This document shows positions 36,223-49,335 of a stretch of DNA of 64,000 nucleotides, piece after piece; the first letter of the stretch is position 1; each line of letters begins with the position of its first letter. The DNA lies in the NCBI GenBank assembly GCA_047495785.1, contig JBLDXI010000045.1, forward strand, positions 62,001-126,000. The letters are read 5' to 3'. Both the position numbers and the translations under genes were made by a program. Origin of the DNA: Lepidodermella squamata (Eukaryota > Animalia > Gastrotricha). Below the pieces are notes generated by a model that saw only the letters and a program-made list of their open reading frames with translations, was not told where the DNA came from and did no database searches.

Positions 36223-38155
36223 TATTAACCTTATTTACTTTAAGTGCGTTGCCTGTTGTTGTAGCCATCAACCATACCCCTGAATTGCGCGTCATATGAC
36301 CACTTGCCGTCACTCCATTTTCACTTCATTCATGTTTATACTAAAATCTGATAGCATAAACGTCACATGACTAAAATGTACTTGAAGCATACCTTTGTCC
36401 TGGAAACTTGGCCGTTTCTCTAAGCCAGCATATCACTGGATCGCTTCGAATTTCACGCCATGAAAATCCCCTTGAATTCTCAATTGAGAGACCAAAACTC
36501 GGTCGGAAACCGATAAAATCTATCGATTCTATGGATGTAGGAGCGGTCTTGGCTTCAGGTATCCACACTTCCTGGCTTCGACATCAGCCTCATTTTGGCA
36601 ACTTCGGCCGTTTGACGAAACGTTCCAATGGTTTTCAAAACAAAATGTAATTCAACTGCTCTAAAAGTTTATTTATTTCTTATTTTCAAATATTATTATG
36701 ACAGTGCAACTCCTTCACACAATTTAAATTTCGCATGTCCGACAAAAGCATAACATCGGCGCTAATCACGAATGATCAGGCTAAACACGTCCAGCATGAT
36801 GACTCACGGACCGAAAAACCTGAACAGATAATTCCGTCTACACTTTCTAAGCTCTGCTTGTTAAGAACAACGCCGTTCTTAAATTTTTTACAATGTACAA
36901 AGTCGAAGAGCGGTCAACAAACGGCCTCAAGCTACGATGCAACAAAATATATATAATCAATTATTATTATTATAAGGTCACATGTGTGCAATATTGGAAT
37001 AATCATAATACAAAATTAGAATTAAAAGCGCAGTTCATTATAGTTACTTTCCACTTCCCAAGTTAATCAAAAACAGAAGTGCATTTTGGTAATTCAATAA
37101 AAATTGCAGCACAAGATCGTTGGGTATTACAAGGGTAAGAAAGGAGACGGAAACAACTGGCAGATTATCAATTTTCAAGATAAAATGGAACGATCAACAA
37201 TATGTTGGTAGAAGACAGATTTGATGTGAGACCTGAAGCAAAGGACAAACGAGATATCTCATCGATATAGTAATATAAAAACAAACAAAAGCAGTGAAGT
37301 GATCAGCTACGTTCCAATAAAAAGTTTCCCTGACACAACGCGCTAGCCAAATCAATGGAGGAATGTTGAAATTTTTTTCTGAAGGAAATCGAAATGGTTC
37401 AAAATATCATCCGTTTGAAAAGGAAAACATCATAAAAGAATCGAATCAACAACAACGCTAAATAGATAGTAAGACCAACCCTAAGCCGGTTGCGTAAAAC
37501 TTGGTCCACTTTGGTGTTAGTCAATTTTTAGTGCATTATAATAAAACAGCAGCCTTGGTTATCAGTTATATAATATTACGATTTTTCTATCATCATTGTT
37601 CCGCTTGTTCACACAACCAATATAGATGACAATTTTGCAATAATAAATAAATCTTCAATATAATAATAATATAAATATAATGCCGTAATAATTAATCATC
37701 ATCGTCGTCGAAATCGGAACACAAATTGAATAAGGTGGATTAGCTCGGGTTGTTTTTCAAACGACTTTCGTTTCCAGTGACTGGACACAATCATTAATCA
37801 ATAATTTTTTGGCTTCGGTACATCATCAACAACAACAACACTTGAGGACAACCAAGTGAACCAAAAGGCTTCTGTGTTTTTATGCAAATAAATTATCGAT
37901 TTGACAACAGGCGGAAGCTTGATCATTCAATGAGAAGAATTCAATTCAGTGTTTAGACGCATTTCTCAAAATCAAATGCGGAAAAAGGTAAATTCGGAGC
38001 AAAATCGCAGGACTAAAACGTAAATTGCGGTACAAATTTTTGTTTTTTTGTTAATATTTTTGTAATAGGGAGCCATTGTGGTAAAAAATAACGGTTGATG
38101 CATAGAGACGGAAAGAGATGTATTATTTGGACTCTATTGCCGAGTGGCGGTGATT

Positions 38156-41100
38156 TCAAGCACGAGAAGCGATAGGCGAAGCGTTGATTGCTCGTTCCCG
38201 AGACGCACCCTGACTACCTCGAACAGAGCTCGATGCAGAGAAGTTGACAGCCGGTTCGTGGGCCGAGCCGTTAGCGCCAATCATAGTGCCAAGCGGAGCA
38301 GCTAGCCAAGTACTAGGCACCCATTGCGGTTCAACATCGAGGCGATTGATCTCGTCTAGGATCAATTTATACGTACGATCGATGTCTTGATTAACGACGA
38401 CAAAGTCGAATAAATGGCCCCATTTCACGTCAGTCGCGCGGCCGGCTTCGATGATCTCCGTCAACTTGTCGTCGGATAACTTCTGATTCAATTTACTTGT
38501 CAGTTGTTGCAACTGGGCAAGTGGCGGCGGGGCGATGAAAATGATGTAAGGCTTCAGTTCAGGCCGTCGCACGCGTTCGATTGACTCGGGGTTCAGATTG
38601 AGAATGCACACCCGGCCGCTGCTGATGACATCGGCAACAGCGCGCACAGACGTGCCGTAAAGATTGCCTTGATAGAAGCCGCATTCGATAAATTGCAGCT
38701 GCTGGTCCATTGTTTGGAAGTGTTTACGATCGATAAAATGATAATCTCTGCCGTCGATTTCAGCAGGATCGCGGGCTTTCGTAGTATCTAGAAAAAAACA
38801 AGATTAAAACGGTTATCCACGCGAAAAAAAATCCTCCTTAATTAGCCAGATTAAAATCAAAGCTGAGGTAATTTACGTGGAATAGCAGGAGCGAATCGAT
38901 CCGGATCAGATTCCAACAGCCGTCTCCTCAATTCGTGCCGTCCCACATGTTGCGGGCCAATTAGCACGATCGGGCGCTTGCGATACGGCTGCGGGTAGTA
39001 CTGACCGACTTCTTCGTAACTCAAGATCTCAGGAGCTTCGATGGATGTCTTTTTCTTCGACAAAGCAGGGCAACATGTCGCCTGGTTCATTTCGTCTGAA
39101 AACATTTCCTTCTCCAATTCGATTCGTTTAATTTCCCGCCTGATATAAATTAATTAATAATTATTTTAAGCTGGATTTTTTTAATCTTACATTTCCCAGA
39201 ATTTTTTACTTGGCACAATGCCTGGCATCTGATCTTCCTCGCCGTCTCGACACGCCTGCCACCAGCAAGCATCAGCCGAGTTCACAACATGTAGAATTTC
39301 ACCGCGCCTGAACATAACGCCAAGTTCGCGGCATGGGCACAAGCGATCTTCCTCAGGCTCGTAATTAAACAGCGCCCGTAAATGAATTTGATCCTCCTCA
39401 ATCGGCTGCTCACGTTGTTGTGTGATCAACTGCTCCGATTCAGAGTTCGGCAGGACCAACATAGTGATGGAACCAGTCGCGTCGGCCAGCATTTGGCACA
39501 CATCGTTAACATTACGACCGCGCATTTCCTCGCCATTTATCTCGAGCAACTCGTCGCCGACATGCAAAAGACCCGATTTGTCGACAATTGATCCCTTCAC
39601 GATACGCGCCACTATCACGCAATCGTACGCGTTGTGAATTGTCGCACCTAGCGGCGTATCGCCGTCGCGTTCGAAACGGACCATTTTTAGCCCCGATTCG
39701 TTATAATGTGCCTGTTTTCTTAGGATAAATTCCGTTTCCTCAGCCGTCGGTGGCGGCGTGAGAACTCGAGGTGATATGTCCACGGTTGTCGCGCCGCTCT
39801 TTTCCGACTGCGGCGAGCGCTGTTTCGCGATTTCATCGTGCGTGTCTATTAAGGCGGCGATATTAGCGTCAGTTGTTAGCAAGGCGTGGAGTTGTTTCGC
39901 GGGAGGATTTGCGGGTAGTTTTTCGACTGCATCGGCGACTTCTCGAACCAGCTGAACGGCATTCGAGGCCGCTGGTTCGATTCTGACCCCGCTATCGGAA
40001 GAAACTGCGGAAGCTCCGGCAACACCACTCGATTCGACAACAGCTTTATGCACCTAAAGAGCAAATGTTGTAGTTAGAAAAATCGAAAAATTGTGATTCC
40101 ACAAATTTTTAAATCGATTGGAAATTTCATTACGATTTTCTAAAATAATCTCCTTTAATTCGATTTGGTGGTTAAAAGCCGTAACCATAGATTTTTTGTT
40201 TTTTTCCTCAATTTTTTACAGTCATTTCTCAATTACCTGTAAAATTTGCTTGAATCGCTCGTCTTCGAAGCGGCGACGAATCGACCGCAAAAGTTTACTG
40301 ACTTCGTCGCCAGCATTGCCGAGCTTCTTGTCGATGGTTTCAAGACAGTGTTCGACTTCCGAAGGACCTGCGATGAGAAATTCAAATAATTTTTGTCACG
40401 TTATCAAGTCGTAGGCATCGCAGACAACGCATCAAAGTGACCGCGAGATGACCTTAAAAATTTCACAGCCGGCAGAATTAGCATTCTTGAACACCGAGTT
40501 GTTTACAGCGGCACGCGACGTGAAAGAAGAGATTTATAGCACACCTTTCTCACTCGTGCGCTCGCGCATTCTCTCATATAATATGTTGGGTAATATTTCC
40601 CGACATAAACGCACGTACTATATACGGCTTCTGCGTCTCAACATGTGGTTGCATGCGTAAAGGTACGGTCCATTTACAGCGTAAACATACCGTAAACAAC
40701 ACGGAGTCGTTATTTTATGGGCACTAGCTTTTTCTCTCATCCAAAGGGCTTGATGGTCAATACGGGTAAAACAGTAAGCGCGCGCGCGCTTAAAACGTAT
40801 ATTTACTAGGATGACGCTGAAGTGAGGAGCGCTAAATTCTAAAGCCAGTACTTTATCGCAGCGGTCGCCTTATAACACATGCGATCGCCGCCAAGTTGTC
40901 TGAATTACTCCGAACAAAGGCCAGCGACGACGGGTGGGCGTGTGGCGGCAAAGAATACAAACTCACGCATTTAGGTCTCTGAGATGCAAAATTAATGATT
41001 CCTAACGACAAAATATTGGCGAAGATAGCGTTCTTGAAGTTCAGCGCCTAACGCCCACCTAAAAGCAACAGCTGCAGTAAATCTTTGATCATGTTTCAGA

Positions 41101-41948
41101 CATAACATCTGCGACTGCATAAATTCACCTAATGATCGCGAAATGGACGTGATATGAAGATGTAAAAAACGAACCTAGGGCACGGCTCATGACAGGGGAT
41201 TGTTGCTGAGCCAAATCGTCACCGGAATCAAACGCTTCATTGACGAAAGATGCGGCTGGTGGGGCAACTGGGGTCATTTCGATATTAGGTTCCGATCGTA
41301 ATTTGTGTTTATTTTGAAGAGACTTTAATTTCTGTGATTCGCGTAATGATCCGCGCAAAAACTGCTGTTCTCGGCTCAACTTCGCCTCCTCTTCTCGTCT
41401 CTTGATTTCTTCAGCTTGCTGATATCGGACAGCTTCCGTTCGTGTTCTAGCAGAACCACCAGGACCGCCAAAAGGACGACCACTGGTAGGCTGAGTCTGA
41501 AGGACAGGAGTTTCTTTGGTACTTGGCACATGAACTGAAGGCAGTTTAGGGCGAGCTTTAGGCGTGACTTCGAAATCAACAGGGCAATCCACCGCCATCT
41601 CGTGCACATCCCTTTCCATTTCGACCGGAGAAAAAGCTCCGTTGATATAAGCAGCGTTATCTACAAGAGGCATAACGTTTTTCCCGTTGGAGGCAACATC
41701 GGCCTTGATTCCAGGTTTTTTCAGCCCATTGCTAGGGGTTTCGGGCTTGAACGTGGAATGAGTAATATAAGTGCCCTCCGTGGTTGACGACTCTCGCATA
41801 TCAGGGGCAGTAGGTGTTGAAATGAGTTGCTCTATTGGACTATGAGCCTTATCTCGCAAGTTCGGAGATCTCAATTCAGATATATTTTTATAAAGTTGAT
41901 TGTCAACTATTCCAGAGTCTTCATCGTCCGAATTGTAAGGTTGAACGT
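38156..41948 (-). CDS. MPP5: MAGUK p55 subfamily member 5 (PALS1/Stardust); exons 41948-41175, 40367-40237, 40053-39191, 39139-38877, 38787-38156; 5' end incomplete
   Basis: ECR1 motif HEMAVDCPVDF and ECR2-like EEIKRREEE..EQQFLRGSLRESQKL, L27 domains, PDZ (PLGATI..VARIVKG..SGLLHVGDELLEING), SH3 (ALFNYEPEED..PCRELG) and GuK (RPIVLIGP..GRHELR..PHTT..DYHF..LYGTS..PQWVP). Confidence 0.93.
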
Positions 41949-43208
41949 CTAAAAAGAAAGCAATCTAAGGCAAATGGGCGAAAAATGTTTGACAATTTTA
42001 CCAAAATCGGTTTTTCGACGCCTCACTCTCAAATGAATAGTGCCTTTATTTCCAGCCTAAATTATCAGAAAAAAATAAATGTATAAAATATGCCCCATGC
42101 AAAAGATGTCAATAAAATATCGAAAAAAGGATTCAGCTGAAGGAGCGAGTACTCAAGTATTTCAAAGATTTCAAGCTATGAGCCATATTATCTGCTGGTA
42201 ATTAATTAAGGTGAACTGTCTGCGCATCAATATTACGAACGTCATATCTCGAGAACCCAACGAAACGAGTTGATTGATTGGAGAGGAGAAGAGCTCTAAT
42301 GTCGGATGCAATTTGCCAATCTTTAGACCAGGGCACGTATCAGAAATCGAGGTAATAACATCCGAATACTATTGACCTAACATATAACACTAATCATTTA
42401 TCATATGTAATCGGTAAGCTGATAAACTTGTCCATTCAGATGTTTGACACTCTAAATGATCTATCAAATGATTAGAAGGTGTAAATCTCCCGGATCCAGG
42501 ATTCCTGACTTCGAGCATAGATAGCAGATCATAATATTCTGTTACCCTGCTTCCTGCTTCAGGCAACGGTTGTAATTGAGGAATTTTAGGCCTGGCAAGT
42601 ATTTGGCAATTGCTGTTCCAAAGAATCAGTAAGTGTTATTGGCAGGTGACGATTAATAACACCTGACACCTGAGAGTAACGAGTAACGACGCTGCCTAAA
42701 GTGACGATGACAACACAATACTTATAGCGCAAAATCGCAAAGCAGCCAGCAAACCAATGCCTAATCGTAAATAAGTGATGCATGAAACGAACAAAAGATG
42801 TAACATCAAGAATGATTCATTGCTTGAATGAGAACGCTCGTCGTTCATAGCCCCATTTTCTCTACAAAAAAATGCGATTATGCCAAAAAAAAGATTCAAA
42901 AGAAAAAGCCGCAATTTTTCCATTTTTGATATTATTCACCTCAAAAAAGCTGGAAAGTGTAAATAATATATTTTATTGAATAAATATGCTCTATCAGTTT
43001 TTAATATATTTTTTGGCAATGACGCGAAATTTTAGCAACGCGGCGGCCTAGGTCGAGGCTTCGGACGATGTAAACGTGCCTCTGCGACCCCTTGAGCCAC
43101 GTACGCTGGTGATCTAGTGTTCCTGATTTATAAAGCTGATTTATAACTCTAATTGAATTTTTCCTACCCAATTGACTTCTAAAAATAATTCTAAAAGCGC
43201 TTATACCA

Positions 43209-43683
43209 TAACACCGCGCCTTGTCTGTCGTCTGTCATGTCTATATACCTTGTTTTTGTCGGATGTATCACTTGAATCTCAAAATTTCGCTTATCTTTAT
43301 CCGGGGCAATGAATGACCCGCTATTTACCAGTCCCGCTAACTTCAATTTCGTAGTGATGCATACTAAACTCAGGCTAAAGATTTGTTAATGCCGCAAAAC
43401 TCTTGGGAATTATAAATTACAAATAAGTTTTCTGAGCTATCTGAGTGGCGTTTCTTAACGTTCATTTGGCACATTTTGGTGCACCAGGTCATTTCGGCTT
43501 AGTCCTCTTCGTCAAAATTAGACTTTTAGGTTTTAGGTTCATCCACGATCCACGAAGATTCAAACATCATCACCACATAGTGATTATCCTCGTTTTCCAT
43601 GGCATGCCATTGTAGTTTGAAATTGCACGATTGCGAATATGGGCGGAATTTTCATAGGACATGACAGATAACGCGCGGTATTA
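43209..43683. mobile_element. MITE-like element (about 475 bp) with degenerate TIRs of about 30 bp
   Basis: Left TAACACCGCGCCTTGTCTGTC(GTCTGTC)ATGTC versus reverse complement of right end TAATACCGCGCGTTATCTGTCATGTC; TA at both ends. Confidence 0.55.
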
Positions 43684-44425
43684 CATTAACTGTGTTACAG
43701 GCGTTTTTATGCCTTGCTAATTAGTACAAGAGATGCAAAATAAAGACGGAAGGGACCAAAATCAGTAATCATAGAAGAACATAACAATTTAAAACCCTGA
43801 AGCTTGCTATGAAGTTAGGTCGCACTAATACCGTCGCAATATTCATACCTTGGGCGATTAAAGAGAAACAAAACGCAAACTGGGCTAAGTTATTGAAAGT
43901 TGAAGCCTTCTGATGTGTTCAGTAGATTGATATCGACCAAAGGTTATAAATTATCGCAACTCGTAATTATTCCCCAGGCGTGCGATCGTTTATACGGTGA
44001 TTTTATCCTTTCCATGGCTTACTAGACCTAAGTTTCTCTAGAAGTCGCCAGTTCATCGCAAAACAAGCATAACTTTTTTTACTAAGCTAAGCCTTGGGTT
44101 ATCGTGTTAATAGAGCTGCTGGTTATGATAAATCCACGGAAATCAAAGCAATTTAGCTACCTAGTTATTGAATTCTGAGCTGTGAACTAATGCTCACACG
44201 AGTTGGTGCATATCAAAAAAAACTTGGTTGTGGAAAGCTTGTTAACCCGGTATTTTGCAGTGGAAGAGCTAGCTAATTAAAATGTATGTCAGAATTTGGT
44301 GCGCTTGTCGCTGCATGTTATGCGTAAGCTATTTCCAAATTCATTAACTTGGTTTAAATTATCGCCGGGCGAATCCTATAAGAAATTGGCCAGAACCAAA
44401 TTAATTTCGATGAATATTTACTCAC

Positions 44426-44771
44426 TTGGTAAATTAATTCTGCCACTTCATCGTGAGACAGCCCCGTAACGTCGCTTCCGTCAACTGTACAAATTTGATC
44501 TCCCACCTCAAGAGTAGCATCAGATGCAGGCGAACCTGTATTTTAAATAATTTTAGCGTATAATGTAATTATTCCAAGTTGACTCACCTTGTTGAATATT
44601 CTCAACGACGGGCAAAAAACCTTGATCGGTCCCGCCCATGAGCCACAGCCCCAGTCGTTTTCCTTTTTGAGGGCGTAAGTCAACATCCATCACCGCATAA
44701 TCTACGCTGATTTCAACTGCGCCGTCAGCGATATCGGCGTTCTCCATGCTGCCAGTAATTACGCTAGCCAT
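44426..44771 (-). CDS. Two exons (44771-44588, 44535-44426) encoding most of a PDZ domain; probable 5' exons of MPP5/stardust or a small separate PDZ gene
   Basis: KRLGLWLMGGTDQGFLPVVENIQQ/GSPASDATLEVGDQICTVDGSDVTGLSHDEVAELIYQ with GTGAG donors. Confidence 0.75.
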
Positions 44772-45493
44772 TCACGTCGACACTGAGTTAATAATAAGTC
44801 TCATTCTACGAAATGAAACAAGATCCCGTCGATATTGAAAGGTGAAAAAACTTATAATTAGATATCGCCTGTGTTTTTGCCGCGGCACTCGAAATGCTTT
44901 GTTTTTGCGTGTGTTATTGAAGGATGAGAGAACAAATGACGAAGCATCACTGCGGTGATGATGGTAGCCAAAAGCTAAAACCGACATGTATACGCGCAAT
45001 TTTAGGTCTGGGTTCAATAGTTGAGGCATACTGCATAAATTAAAGTCCACCGATCTTGTTTGCTAGTTTTTCGTAATACACAATATGGGAACGAGATTCT
45101 ATGTGCGCGCACACGCCTGACGCATGCTCAAATACGGAGTGGGCAGTCGAGTAGGGCTATTGAAGACAATACTGGGCCGAGATAGGATCTATGGTGTGTA
45201 TTTAGTGTGCATGTGAGTGGCAAAATTGTATTGCTCTACGGAACTCGAACTTCCATAGTTAGTGTTAGCTCATAATAATACTATTATACTATTAGGAGAC
45301 ACAAAGTTCGCAATGGCCTTTCACAATATTTACCGCCTTTCGTATACATGTTGGTGCAAAGCCGCCGGCGCTCACAAACACGCTCGTGGATTTCGATTAG
45401 TTTTATACCATTTCTTCTTGATAGGTCACTGTTTTTTTACCTACCAGTTTAAACTTCACTATTGACACTAACGCGGAAGCGCGAAAGAACATA

Positions 45494-46718
45494 ATGGAAA
45501 AGCCTCAAATTATTGCTCACATTCAGAAGTCTCTCAACTTTACGCTTTTTGACTGCAAATGGATACCGTGCAGCGCGAAATGTGTCGTTTTGGGTAAGCT
45601 TAGCGCGGAAAACCGGCAGCATTTTTGTTAAACTAACTCTACATAGGCGGCCATCCTCGAGGTACAGGTGCTATGCAAATTTACGAGCTGACTAGTGGTG
45701 ATGTCAAACTGGTGAAAGAGGTACTTCTATTGTGACGTGTTGTCGCGTGAAATAAATTTGTACATTTCATCCAGTACGAAAAATCGAAAACATTCAAATG
45801 CGGAACGTTTGGTGCGTCGACGCTGCAACAGCGCCACCTCGCTACGGGTGATTTTGAGGGAAAACTCAACATTTGGGCTATAGATAAGGCGGATGTGCCT
45901 GTTTACATTGCGAAGGCTCATGATGAGATTGTAAATTCGATCGACGCCGTTGGCGGGTTGGGAATAGGCGAGGGCGCGCCGGAGATCGTAACTGGTAGTC
46001 GCGATGGCCTGGTAAAAGTGTGGGACCCGCGGCAGAAACACGATCCGGTCGCGGTTATGGAGCCGGCTGAGGGTGAAACGAAGCGTGACTGCTGGTCGGT
46101 TGCATTCGGGCACGCGTACAATGATAGCGATCGCTGTGTGGCGGCTGGCTATGATAACGGAGATCTAAAACTCTTCGATTTACGCGCGATGAATTTGCGA
46201 TGGGAGACGAATCTTAAAAATGGCATCTGCTGCGTAGAATTTGACCGAAAGGACATTAGTATGAACAAACTAGTCGCGACTACTCTGGAATCGAAATTCC
46301 ACGTTTTTGACATGAGGACTCAAAATGAGAAGAGTGGCTTCGCTTCTCTGGTTGAAAAGGCGCATCAATCCACCATTTGGATTGCTCGACATTTGCCGCA
46401 AAATCGCGACGTTTTCGTAACATGCGGAGGATCTGGAGGGATTAATTTATGGAAATAGTAAGTCATTAGCCCACCTTTGAATGAAAAAAATTGAATCATT
46501 TTTTACCTAGTTCTTACCCAGTCAAACGCGTCGATAAGGATGAAGATGGGAAGGAAGTTGGTGTTATCGGTTCAATCAGCCAAATCCAGAACACGAATGT
46601 ATCGTCGCAGCCGATAAATTCGTTCGATTGGTCGCGTGATAAGCTCGGCCTATGCGTTACAACAGCTTTCGATCAGTGCCTGCGAATTCTAATCGTTACG
46701 AAGCTTAACCAGCTGTAA
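45494..46718 (+). CDS. WDR92: WD repeat protein 92 / dynein axonemal assembly factor 10; exons 45494-45593, 45647-45720, 45775-46457, 46511-46718
   Basis: [100 protein letters not shown]. Confidence 0.96.
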
Positions 46719-47256
46719 AATTGGTACGTCATCGATTCAACTTGCTCCATGAACCAGTCGCTTTTTCTGTGATAATAGATTTAATCAAAAACAACGTGCA
46801 CTATATAGTCTCAATTTTCGATTTGAATAATATAGTAATAAAAATAAAACAAAAGCCAACATTATTTATCGCATTTGTGTTTTATTTTTGTTTTAACATC
46901 CCTTTGTCCGGTTGCTTTTCATCATAAAATTTGACGAGACAAATCAATTCATTCAACGTTCTCTAACGAAACAAATGTTCAAAAGCAAAATATTAACAAA
47001 TAATCATTTCTACACAGGTGTTAACAAATGTGAAAATTTGTTTTCACCCCCGCCGCGGTTCATTCATTCATTCATGTATACATGTATCGAAAAATGATGG
47101 TCGATCAGACTGAAATTTTCACGTAAGAAAATATAGTTACAGATTATATAGCTCTATTTACAGCATGATTGATGAGAAACTAGCTTTCATATTACAGTCA
47201 ATCTGAATATTCCACGTCCGTCGCACCGCCTTTAGTTCGCGAGTTCATTCACCGTA

Positions 47257-47273
47257 CAGAGAGAGAGAGAGAG
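47257..47273. repeat. (AG)n microsatellite
   Basis: About eight consecutive AG units. Confidence 0.7.
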
Positions 47274-49335
47274 AAAAAAGGTTCGAAAAGTAGGAGAAAA
47301 AGATGATGTCTGCCCTGAATTAAATGTACGTTTTTTAGCACAACAAGATAGCGAAAAGCGCAGTACGAAAAATAGAATTGTGATGCTATACAACATGATT
47401 TTCTTTTATGAGTCAGGCGTTTTCCTCTAGGCGATGAAAATCGAGTAGAAAATTTGGCCGCGTTCGTAACTATAGCGAAAGTTTTTAAGACCGGATTTCG
47501 ACTAGCCTTTCCCTCTAATTGTTTCCCAGGCTAAATAGCTTCTATAAGGGTTATGGTAAATATTTACGGCGATGCATTATATAAGTTCGAATGAAATGGG
47601 TAGAAATCATACGTGTTTGAATTAATAACGCAGGCCAAGAAAACATACGTGCCAGCGTAATACTCGTATGCGAAAAAATGATTGCTTAAATATTCGTAAG
47701 GTATACTTAGGTGTGAAATATTTTATTATTGACGCGTCCTTAAAATTATGCAGAAAAAGTACCTCCATTTTAATTGTTTGTGTAAATGCCCGGCTGTTTA
47801 CCGCCAGCACGCTAACGCACGTGCGAAGAGGACAGTTTCCGCCGGTTTTTGTAATATTATTTTACGGCTAACACGGTGTAAAATTTCCCCCCTACTATTT
47901 TAGGTTATAAATTTGTTGACCACACTATTATATGCGCTACCCATTAACTAATGTTTTGTGTCAATAAATTTTTGGAGACGTGGAAACACATCACAGAAAG
48001 AAGAAAAATGATGAAACAAAGACGAGTGGCAATCAAGTAGAGAAAATTCAGTCGTGACATTATTTTTCCCGATTTCATATATTATAGTGTAACAAAAAGT
48101 TGAAATTCTATCCGGCTAGACTATATAATTTTTTGCACGACGTTGATTTTATAACAAAAAATGCATAGCACGCGCAAGGCTCGGTGAAACGTCTCGATTT
48201 TTTTTTCAATCAACTAAAAAATGATTATATTATTTCAACAATCAAGTTTTATTTTCCAAAACAAAAAAAAATCGCGTTAACAAAACAAATTTTCATCATG
48301 AGAGATACAACACGCAAAGAGAGAAAACGCCGAGAGAGATAGCCGTTAAAGCACACTGGAAAATAAAACGAAAGATGTGTATTTCAAAATGTTCAATAAC
48401 TCTTGCAACATTTTGCGCTACGTTATCATCGCATCGTAAATAATAATGTTGAATAATATAATTATGATTTTTAAAGACGAGAGAGCGAGAGAGACAAGAT
48501 GACACAAAAAATAGTGCAGAAAATTTTCGAGAATAAAGGCAAAAAATTTGTAACAAAAAAAAACACGCACGCGCATTTCATAAATCAATTAGTCATTTTT
48601 TGAAAATGTGATTCCCCATATCTTTCATCCTGGTGCGGTGTGAAAACGTGGGCGCTATACAAATCCTGCCTGACGATTTGGGATTGTTGTTTTCAAGAAT
48701 ATATAGGTATATGTCACAGCTTAATTTAACGGCGATGCTGTCAAACGCCAATTATATAGCCAAGGTGGATAAATGATGTGTTTTTTTTTGGTAAAATGGG
48801 AACGCGGTAAAATATAGAGGAGGTGGTAATGTGGTTTGTTATTAAGTATAGTATAGCATGTTAATTTTAGGTACTTTACAAATGATCGTCGATGCGGTGT
48901 TCTTGAAGATGAAATTTTTAAAATAGAAAAATGTGTGTTTCCATGATAGAAAAACCCAAAGCACTGATAGTTGAATTGTTTTTTAGCTACGTCGGCGTAA
49001 AAACTTTCGGGGCCTCATCATCTGTACACGTCGTCGTCGACTGTCAAGATTTATCCGGTATATAACACTCATGAGAGAAGAGAGAAGAGAGTTAAGTTTT
49101 TTGTATGCAATGCTTGACCTTACAGGACACCGTTATGTGTACAAAAAATGAAAGATTGGATCACAGAGAAATCACCGTGCAGATTATAGATAAAGATATA
49201 TTTAGTTATTAGATATATCTCATCGCGTCTTTTCATGTTCCGGTTATCAGGTCTTCGAAGCGCGGCGCGCATGCTTTTCAATCGCAGTAGAGACACATAG
49301 AGAACGGCAGGGAGGCGAGGCGGTAGTTCGGCGTG

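Larger units (their letters stand above)
33600..36600. repeat. Tandem segmental duplication carrying knottins 3 and 4 (about 33600-34980 and 35290-36600)
   Basis: Shared collinear non-coding blocks: GCTTACAGTTTGTAA, CAAGATA..GATTTTCAAC, the MITE, GTCCTGGAAACT.GGCCGTTTCTC, AAACCGATAAAAT, GAGCGGTCTTGGCT. Confidence 0.8.
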
